Of a DNA stretch of 16,796 bases, positions 1 to 7,589 are shown one piece after another. This stretch comes from Azolla caroliniana (Eukaryota > Plantae > Polypodiophyta). The position numbers and the translations under genes were made by a program. Location of the stretch: positions 1-16,796 of the forward strand of contig JBHGNT010000722.1 of assembly GCA_043228905.1 (NCBI GenBank), in the 5' to 3' direction. Positions within the stretch are counted from its first letter, which is position 1, and the number at the start of each line of letters is the position of its first letter. The notes under the pieces were generated by a model, which saw only the letters and a list, made by a program, of their open reading frames with translations, had not been told where the DNA came from and did no database searches.

Positions 1-450
1 AAGCTTCAGGAAATATTAAGGGACTGACTAATGGTCATGAGGTATGGAGCAAGTGAAGACTATGTAAGAGTCAATTGCTGCAGTGAATCTAGTTGACTTG
101 ATGAAAAGGCTTATGGCTGCACGACTTTAAGATACCAAGTCTGCAGTTGAACACATTTCAACATTCAATGGTCTACTCAATCAACTTCAAGATGTGGGAT
201 TGCAAATCTTCGATGACAAAATGAAGGTAATCTACTTATGACATTGCTTGAAACATGGAAAGCAAAAGCAAGGGGAAAGAAATCACTTGCTTTCAGTGTT
301 GCCATAAAGGGCTTAAAAAGCTTGATTGTAGATTTTACAAACAAGAGCTTGAAAGAAAGAAGAAGAATAAAAAAGATACAATAGAAAAGAAATGTGATAT
401 GGACAACAAATGAAATGAGAAGAAGAAGGCGAATATGGCCTTTAGAGTCA
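1..450 (+). mobile_element. Degenerate Ty1/Copia gag fragment (UBN2-type gag region plus decayed zinc knuckle), intronic
   Basis: Manual translation gives NIKGLTNGHEVWSK..AVNLVDLMKRLMAARL*DTKSAVEHISTFNGLLNQLQDVGLQIFDDKMKVIYL..TLLETW, resembling Copia gag. At 288-329 it reads CFQCCHKGLKKLDC (CX2CX4HX4C with H>L). Stops, frameshifts and an apparent internal deletion are present. Confidence 0.8.
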
Positions 451-469
451 TTTCAACTTACTTGAACAC

Positions 470-905
470 TGAACCATTCATCTGTAAGATTACTTTGGCC
501 TTTCTGGCCTTGCAAAAAGATCTACACAATTGTTCTCTGTTGGACAATGCTCCAACTTTACATTCTCATCTGAAATGAGCTCCCGTATAAAGTGGTGCTA
601 GATCTGTCTTTGTTTGGTCTGTCCGTGGAACAAATGGGATTCGTACCAATAGCAATGCAAATCTGGCTATGTATTCATGTTTGTTTCCCCTCAATCGAAT
701 ACAGATTTCCACTAGGGCCTTCTTATCCATACTGCTTCATGTTCTGCATTCACCATCTTATAGTCTGCCTCATGCTGAGGAAAGTGAGAATGTGGGTTGT
801 TTCATGTGCATTGTAAGAAATATTCATGTCCCTAGGAAAAATTGAGTCTACAGCTTGATTGTCTTTCCTCTAGATCGCCAGCCCAGTCAGAGACATAGTA
901 ATCAA
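470..905 (-). mobile_element. Degenerate Ty1/Copia RNase H fragment, intronic
   Basis: The reverse strand reads SDWAGDLEERQS (DWAGD at about 873-888), KQPTFSLSS.EADYK, EAVWIRR, and SQICIAIGTNP.FHGQTKQRQI*HHFIRELISDENVKLEHCPTENNCVDLFARP. These are the canonical Copia RNase H motifs in the correct order, with frameshifts. Confidence 0.85.
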
Positions 906-1777
906 ACAGCTTCATCTCCTGCCTGAAGTGGGTGGCATTTCCACCCACATCTTTTAAGTACTAAGTCTTTACTGCCAGACTTGCCAATGACTTACTTCTG
1001 GATTTCTCGTGAACTTTTCCAGGACTGAATAAAGTCTTGTCTTGCTGTGGCCTCATGCCGTCAAGAGCTCTACTGCCAGTTCCACTTCTTGCAAGCTGAT
1101 CAAGCTCCTCTCTAATCTGGAATAATTACCTGAGTGTACAAATATCAAACGTCTACTCTGATTTCATTGATTGTTGGGAGGCGAACCTGGAAGGTGATAT
1201 CATTTCAAAGAACGATTAAGAGAATCAAATGTACACCAACAATGAACAGATGTGGATTGAGAACACAGCGATAGAAAACAACAATATATTTTTGTATGCA
1301 CATGTTGGTGCATAGAGATCAATACAATCAAGAGCTGTAGCCCATTTCTTCCTAGGCAAGCAGATACAGATGTAACTCAGAGGGCAAGAAAGGAATCTAA
1401 GATATTCTCGCAATATTCTTAACTAGACTGTACTTGGTTAATCTTGGACTTTCTATACGTACGAGGTTGTTAACCCATCCTCTTACCTTCAATGCATCTC
1501 AAATTCCATTATTGGCGCTTGTGAGGTTGTTGAGGTTGGAGCTTGTTCACATCAAGATATGGTATATTGTATGCCTTTGTGGCTTGTGATGTTAGAAGTA
1601 TTAAACATGCCCTTGTGTTAATGCATTCGTTTCTGAGGGTTTTCTCTAATTGAACAGCATGTAAAGTTTTTCTAATATAACTTCTAGGTTCTAACGTTAT
1701 GCAATTCTAGTGCTTGCTTTGCCAAAATGATTTTATAGCAAATGGATGTTTATGATAATGTCTTATTTTGGTCATAG

Positions 1778-1845
1778 AGTTCAGGTACAGATTCCTTGGT
1801 GAGCTTGTGGATGATTGGGGATCTTGATCCTACTGCTTCGAGAAG
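1778..1845 (+). CDS. DWA2: WD40 protein of the DWA2/EIPR1(TSSC1) family, internal exon (4th from last)
   Basis: Acceptor CATAG ends at 1777 and donor GTATG starts at 1846. Translates SSGTDSLVSLWMIGDLDPTASR, a WD-repeat S.GTDS.V.LW motif. Phase 2 joins the next exon correctly. Upstream exons were not found in the window. Confidence 0.85.
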
Positions 1846-1980
1846 GTATGCGATAGTAAAAAAGTTGTTCTTGTACATGTGTGTACTATGCACTATGCAC
1901 AATTTAGCTTAGTTTCCTTCAGCGCTTGTATATAATGCAACAGTACACACTTTATTGTTTTGCTTCTGTCTAAGGTGCAG

Positions 1981-2054
1981 CTCTGATGATTCACCGAGGA
2001 CTAATGTCGATCCACTTTTGCGATTGTATAATGGACATGAAGATAGTGTGTATG
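1981..2054 (+). CDS. DWA2: DWA2/EIPR1-family exon (3rd from last)
   Basis: Acceptor TGCAG ends at 1980 and donor GTATG starts at 2055. Translates (S)SDDSPRTNVDPLLRLYNGHEDSVY(G). PLL..Y..HEDSVY is characteristic of this family. Confidence 0.9.
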
Positions 2055-2140
2055 GTATGAAAAATCTATGATATAAAAGAAATTTTATACATTTTTAACT
2101 GCATTCTGTTTTTCCCCTCTAATCATTTGGTTTTATTTAG

Positions 2141-2199
2141 GCATAACATGGAGCTTGAGAGAGCCCTGGTTATTTGCATCACTTTCGTATGATGGGAGA
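2141..2199 (+). CDS. DWA2: DWA2/EIPR1-family exon (penultimate)
   Basis: Acceptor TTTAG ends at 2140 and donor GTAAGT starts at 2200. Translates (G)ITWSLREPWLFASLSYDGR, the conserved WS..[ED]PW[IL]FASLSYDGR signature. Confidence 0.93.
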
Positions 2200-2359
2200 G
2201 TAAGTGCAATATTTTAATATTCGTTTTAACAATACACTTGTATGCATAGAACATAATATTCGTGTTCGTGCAAGCATTCAAACGATTGAAAATGTTTGAA
2301 AATGAACATGTTTGAAAAGGGAAAAAATACGTGCTCCTTTTTTTTTTCTTTTTTTTCAT

Positions 2360-2862
2360 GTTTTTATCACAAATTCAGGTCATCCTAGTGGTAACGAGAC
2401 ATGCTATTGTTGTCTGTCTTGGGTTCGAGTCCCAAATTTCTCATCTCTCTCTTGTTAGTACCATAGCAAAATTTTATATTAGTTTTTTCATTTTTTTCAT
2501 TTTTTGTTATTAGAAATGGGCTTAACCTAGTGGTAAGTTGCCATTCTACTATTGCTTGTGTCTTGAGTTAAATTCCCAACTTTCTCATATCCTCTTGTTA
2601 TTGTCATGTTACTTTTTTTTTCTTTGTTATTAGAAATTAGCTCACCATAATGGTAAATTTTTATTCTACTACTGCCTATGTCATGTTTTCTTCATATTCT
2701 CGAATATACGTTTTATGAGTTTTTGATCGTTTCTTTTTTCTTTTTTCTCTTTCTTTCTTTGTTATTAGAAATTAACTCACCCTAGTGATAAGTTGTTATG
2801 TTACAATTGCCTATGTCATATTTTCTTCATATTCTCGAATGTATGTTTTATGAGTTTTTGAA
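2360..2862 (+). repeat. Four degenerate tandem units (about 120-140 bp) inside the hAT element, with a tRNA/SINE-like core
   Basis: The anchor GTTATTAGAAA occurs at 2506, 2626 and 2761, with a degenerate copy near 2365. Each is followed by a CCTAGTGGTAA-like motif. Unit 1 has GGGTTCGAGTCCC at 2421-2433. Units 3 and 4 share a long tail TGCCTATGTCAT.TTTTCTTCATATTCTCGAAT.TA.GTTTTATGAGTTTTTGA. Confidence 0.7.
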
Positions 2863-2944
2863 CATTTGATTATAATTTATAAGCACATATTTTGATTCAA
2901 TCTCTATAGTTCATACTCCTTTTTTTGTAAAGTTCTAAAGTGAG

Positions 2945-3075
2945 GATGATAGAGATGTCTTGATTCTTAAGAAGCATCCCAAAAGAATGCATGTGATACA
3001 ATGCAAATATTGCAACCATACTTATGTTGGTGGTTCACAATGGATTAGAGTCCACTTATTGGGATTGAGAGTGAA
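2945..3075 (+). pseudogene. BED zinc-finger remnant of a hAT transposase
   Basis: Translates DDRDVLILKKHPKRMHVIQCKYCNHTYVGGSQWIRVHLLGLRV, i.e. the CxxC...GG...HL.G pattern of plant hAT BED fingers (first Cys at 3002, His at 3053). Confidence 0.75.
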
Positions 3076-3483
3076 TCAATATATAATATAGACCATAGTC
3101 AATCCAATCCAACTTTGAGATGATTTACCATACACGTTTGATTGAATCATTCTCGAATGCGAATGCACGTATGATACGCATGGTTCATTCTATGCTTGTA
3201 TGTATCTATGCATGAATCCATTTTCCGAGATTATTACATGCTGCTCATGATAAGAACTATTTCCCATTAATCTCTATTTCGTATATTGATGTGTGAGTGG
3301 CATTCTATTACCTTGATGATCATTTTCTTGTGATCCCAAATAGTCAAAAGTATCTGAAAGTAAAAATTTATAGTTTGGAGTCGTCAACTCTTTTTCTCGG
3401 TTTGTTTATTAACCATGCATATTCATCTCATGATTCAGAATCTGGCCACATACTGCATTTTAAAGTTTTGTTTTGTGCCTCAG

Positions 3484-3540
3484 GTGCTTGTAGAGTCAGT
3501 ACCACAGAACATTGCAAAACAGATCAACCATGCAACATAA
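3484..3540 (+). CDS. DWA2: DWA2/EIPR1-family terminal coding exon
   Basis: A T-rich tract and CTCAG acceptor end at 3483, in phase 0. Translates VLVESVPQNIAKQINHAT with TAA at 3538-3540. This matches the expected V.[VI]ESV continuation after SYDGR. Confidence 0.85.
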   Translation: MLVESVPQNIAKQINHAT

Positions 3541-5739
3541 AGCTAAGTCTAAAGACATTATTTAATTGTCTGGGTCCTATTAAGACAACTCATAACGGTG
3601 CCTAAAGATGAAGAGCTCAGTGCAAAATGTGTTCATTTTTTCCTCTTATTGACAAGGAGATTATTTTTTGATATTGCCTCATCAAGCCATGCAACATCTT
3701 TGGTTTAAAAACTGTCTCTATTGTTTAAGAACCACAAGCATTTTGGATTCAAAGCTTATTGTCGTAAATAACTAAGGATCGGTTTATTCAAAACATCGAT
3801 TTAAGGATGATAATAAGAGATTAGTTTTCAGTCTCATTTCAGCTTGATAGCATCTTAATATTTGCACTTCCAGAGATAGAATCTTGGTACTGGCTTTGTA
3901 CCAAGAAATTAATGTCATTTGCTTTGGCCATTTTGGCACCACCATGTTAATATTACAAAATTTTGACATCGAACAATCCAATATTGAATTGATAGAATAT
4001 AGGTCATGGGCAAAAGAAAATTTGAATGTCATTGTCATTAGTAGAATGTATTTTTCGTTGGAGATCATGAGCATTGAAACAAAATGTTGGCCTTAATTCT
4101 GAAACCTAGAATGTAATGTCTACTATTAGTTTAATGTATGATTTTTTGAATGCGAAAAACATAATCATTGCCATTGAGTCTGTTTGTTAATGATGCCCTA
4201 TACAAGGTGTTGATTGGCCTTTGAGCAAGAAAAGTCGCAAACTATTTAGTAACACCTACAATGAAACAAAATATTGTATTAGAGAAGTGAATGAAAACTG
4301 AATATACTTAGATTACATACTAAATTTATCTTGAAATGATTGACTTGACATTATATATTTCAAGAATGAAGCACTACCACAACTTGAGATAATATTGTTC
4401 AGAACACCATTGATTACCATGCATTGTGATTTATTTGAGATGCATCAATAGACATTATGAGGTTATTATCATAGTCAATAAGAGTAGGAATGGTTTGGGA
4501 ACAAGAACATAAATTTGAGAACATGAGAAAAGTAGAGTAGTCAAGTTTTCAAATATTTTAAAAATAGATTTGTTGTTCCCTTTTAAGAAAGATTGCAATA
4601 AAATACTTAAAAATAGAAAATGATGATACATGGGAATCAACTTATGACCAAAAATATGTTTAGTCATTTTGTAACGATACTAAAAAGACTCATTACACCA
4701 TAAAACAATATAACATAAGCATAAAGAAGTAAGTTTTAAATAGTGTCATTGTTTAAACTCGCATGACTTCATAAGTGGATGTAGGTATGGGCTTGATTTG
4801 GTTCAGTTTCTTGGATTTGAAACCAAACCTAGCACGTGTTTTAAGGGTTGAAAAAGTTTCGTGATTCCAGAGATCGATTAACAACTCTAGTTGGGTTCAC
4901 CGCCAATAAAGTATATGATAATCTCAACTCCATGACCAACTATATTGATGTAGAGGCACAACTTTGTCGATACATAGACGTGCTATCGGCATGACTCATT
5001 TGGAGCCGACATACACATCTAGTAGAACTACATCAAGGAGATATGGATCACATGAAGCCAACCCCTGCTACAAAAGATATATTATAATAATGATCAATTG
5101 CGACGCACATCAAAGAGATATGGATCACACAAACCCAAATCCTTTCATATAAGATGTATTTCAATGATGAATATGTAGATCAAAGACTAGGTTCAAACAA
5201 GTGGATTTGGAGTCACAAGGAGAAAGGGAAACAATGCAATATCCTACAACTACATTGTCCAAACAAGTTGGTCATTTGACTTTACACAAAGAGGAGTCAC
5301 CCTTTAAATTGTCCCCGTTTTTGCAACTAGTTTTAAGAATATCATAACACTTTTTTATTCTCCTATTCCATGAGATGGACTTTCATATTCCAAGCTAATA
5401 AATATATAATGAGCTACTCTTCCTAAAAACCCAGAAGTTGAGTAGAAGAAGAAAAAGACAATTTAGTTCTTCAAAAATTTAGATTTAATTGGGTCCACTT
5501 TTTGAATTCCTATAGAATTTGCCTCGTTTGGAAATAAAATTAGGTCACTTTGTCTTTGAAACTTGTTTGCATTGGTGAAATTAAAGACCATTCATCAACA
5601 TTCTTATATTTACCCTTTCGCTAACCACTATTTAACATAACAAAAACAAAACAATCAACGTGTTTAAGAACTACAAAACCATTTAAAAGTAGAAATATGT
5701 ACATTGTATATGTTCACTTTGTTCCTGCCTAACCTCAAA

Positions 5740-6110
5740 GTCCTCAATATCTTCTTCATATTTATAATTTGGCACTTCAATGTCCTCCCTAACAATGAAA
5801 TGCATATTGTTTGCCATAAATGCTAAGTTATTGGTTTTCTAAGTCTTAAAGCAATTTCTCCTTTTGGTGGCGAATATGCATGCCGATTCAACGTAGAGTA
5901 GTAAAAGATCCACATCAGGACTTAAAATATTGCATAATCCCATTAGAGGAATAATTTCTATGCTATTTCTATATTGTTATCAAATCTAAGTATTTTACAC
6001 AAGTTTTACTATTAAAACCAATAAACGGTGCTATACAAGCATATGCTCTAGTATTGGTGAACCACTCCTCTTCAACACTAGTCTTCTGCATACATTCTTG
6101 TAACCCTTAC
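5740..6110 (-). mobile_element. Possible highly decayed hAT transposase C-terminal (dimerisation domain) remnant
   Basis: The reverse strand gives TKRRNCFKT*KTNNLAFMANNMHFI (TKRRN at 5854-5868), similar to the hAT HTK[KR]RNRL....ndLVfV..N motif. It is followed by an acidic stretch. The preceding motifs are poorly preserved. Confidence 0.4.
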
Positions 6111-6212
6111 TATTATTGTTAATACATTGTAAATGTTCCTCTTTTTTCTCTCACATTTTTCTCTTCTCATTGTCTTCTTCAATTCAATGTTGTTCTTGGC
6201 TATGGCCCTAGC

Positions 6213-6286
6213 ATTGGAGTCATTTTGAAGGTTACGCAAAGAGATTTATCAAGAATTAGAATTGGAGTCATTTTGAAGGTTACGCA
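6213..6286. repeat. 26-bp perfect direct repeat
   Basis: ATTGGAGTCATTTTGAAGGTTACGCA at 6213-6238 and 6261-6286. Confidence 0.95.
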
Positions 6287-6311
6287 GCGAGACGAAAATG
6301 ACTGACATTTG

Positions 6312-6872
6312 TGTTGGGAAATAGGTTCCTCTGGATGGGAAGAGAACGAACGGAATCGGATGGAGTCAATGAGTATTTCCTAAATTGAAAACCGAAACTG
6401 AAATCAGGAGACCATATATGTAAATAGTCTAAATGTGCCCCTTGTGGGCTATGTATGTAAATAACCAGAAAGTTGTATAAGTATAAATAAAACTAGGGCA
6501 AACTTTATAGAAAAGTTGAATCATTATAGTTGTAATAAGTTACACAATGGGTAGTTGCCTCAATAACTGAGAATTAGTGACAGTAGGTGACTGAGAACAG
6601 AATTGTAACTCTGTGACTGTCTTTTGATGAAGAAGAACTCAAGGTCGTTGCCTTGAGTCTCTTATTGTATATTCCTCCTATCGTATAGTGACATGTTCGG
6701 AGTTCTAGGAATCCCCGTGGTTTTTCCTTTTCCGGTTTTCCACGCAAAATATTTGTGTCTCTATACTTGTGTTTTCTGCCTTCTCGTTTTCTGTGTATGC
6801 ACTATCTCATTCGTTTCTTTGCACCCGAATACGTATACGAGCAACTGGTTGTGGGTAGTCCTGATCCTAAGA
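6312..6872 (+). mobile_element. 5' LTR (about 561 bp) of a Ty1/Copia retrotransposon
   Basis: Begins TGTTGGGA and ends TCCTAAGA (imperfect inverted ends; the terminal CA appears mutated to GA) 2 nt before the PBS. There is a TATAAATA at 6482-6489. The left boundary is inferred because no 3' LTR is available for comparison. Confidence 0.7.
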
Positions 6873-6874
6873 AG

Positions 6875-6885
6875 TGGTATCAGAG
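6875..6885 (+). promoter_or_regulatory. Primer-binding site complementary to the 3' end of tRNA-iMet
   Basis: TGGTATCAGAG, the canonical plant LTR-retrotransposon PBS, lies directly upstream of the gag ATG at 6888. Confidence 0.92.
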
Positions 6886-6887
6886 TG

Positions 6888-7456
6888 ATGGACGAACATT
6901 TCGGTGGAATGTTCAAGTTAACTGGCTCCAACTATTCAGAGTGGAAGTCGAAAATGCAGGATATGTTCGTGTGCAAAGACATGTGGTTGCCGGTACAATA
7001 CACAAGACAAAGCCAGACAAGATCAATGCATCGACTTGGGAAGTCATGCATCTAAAGTCGGCTGCATACATAAGGTGTTTTATAGACATGAGTCTATACA
7101 ACAACTTTGATGAAGAGACGAGTGCCGACGTCCTCTGGAAGAAGATTGGCGTGATGTTCGAAAACAAGAACGTCGTGAACAGAGTCTCAGTTTTCAGAAA
7201 GATCGTGAGACTCCAGTATGAAGACGGCTCCAACATGGTGGAGCATATTAATGCCTTCCAAAGACAGATAAATCAAATCACCTCTCTAGAAGTACCTCTT
7301 GCTTATGAGGTATTAGTATTATTGTTGCTAGGATCTCTTTCGAAGAGTTGGGAAACGCTTGTTGTTACATTGGGCAATGCCGGATCGAAAGGGAAGCATC
7401 TTTCCCTAGTGCAGGTGAAGTCGAGTTTACTAAATGAGGAAGCTTGTCAGAAGGAC
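6888..7456 (+). pseudogene. gag: Copia (Tto1/Tork-like) gag, frameshifted near 7000 and truncated at 7456
   Basis: Frame of ORF 6693..7055: MDEHFGGMFKLTGSNYSEWKSKMQDMFVCKDMWLPVQY. It then continues in the frame of ORF 6755..7462: KTKPDKINASTWEVMHLKSAAYIRCFID...EHINAFQ...LLLLGSLSKSWETLVVTL...VKSSLLNEE. No zinc knuckle or pol follows. Confidence 0.9.
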
Positions 7457-7589
7457 TGTTGAGCGGCAAGCTCAACTGGAGCCAAATCGGCTGAATAAGC
7501 CGAGCCGGCAAGCGAGACGGATCGGTAAGCTGTGAGCAACCGAGCCGACAAGCAATAGAGCCGATGAGCTGGGGAGACGGTTAGCCAGA
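7457..7589. mobile_element. Putative end of a second LTR nested in gag, truncated by the satellite
   Basis: Gag similarity stops where TGTTGAG begins. The segment is more GC-rich than its flanks and has short GAGCCG repeats (CCGAGCCGGCAAGC, CCGAGCCGACAAGC). The other end and the TSD cannot be seen. Confidence 0.5.

Larger units (their letters stand above)
2245..3194 (+). mobile_element. Non-autonomous hAT-superfamily DNA transposon (950 bp) in the last intron
   Basis: Termini are CATAGAA...TTCTATG, with further imperfect subterminal inverted similarity. There is a perfect 8-bp TSD CTTGTATG at 2237-2244 and 3195-3202. An internal BED zinc-finger remnant is present. Confidence 0.88.

Noticed and set aside
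2379-2513. Alternative terminal exon after TTCAG (VILVVTRH...) or an intact tRNA gene
   Set aside because: It lies inside the hAT insertion and lacks the ESV motif found at 3484. No convincing cloverleaf stems are visible.
3297-3605. 102-aa ORF on the + strand
   Set aside because: It has no recognisable motif and overlaps the real terminal exon (3484-3540) in a different frame.
592-5152. Other short ORFs (592..816, 1225..1413, 2123..2359, 3784..4074, 3884..4096, 4455..4667, 4964..5152)
   Set aside because: They are short, low-information translations of AT-rich intronic, intergenic or TE-antisense DNA with no recognisable domain.
6693-7236. N-terminal parts of ORFs 6693..7055 and 6755..7462, and antisense ORF 6913..7236
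   Set aside because: Sequence upstream of 6888 is LTR and PBS. The two + ORFs are halves of one frameshifted gag, and the minus ORF is its antisense shadow.
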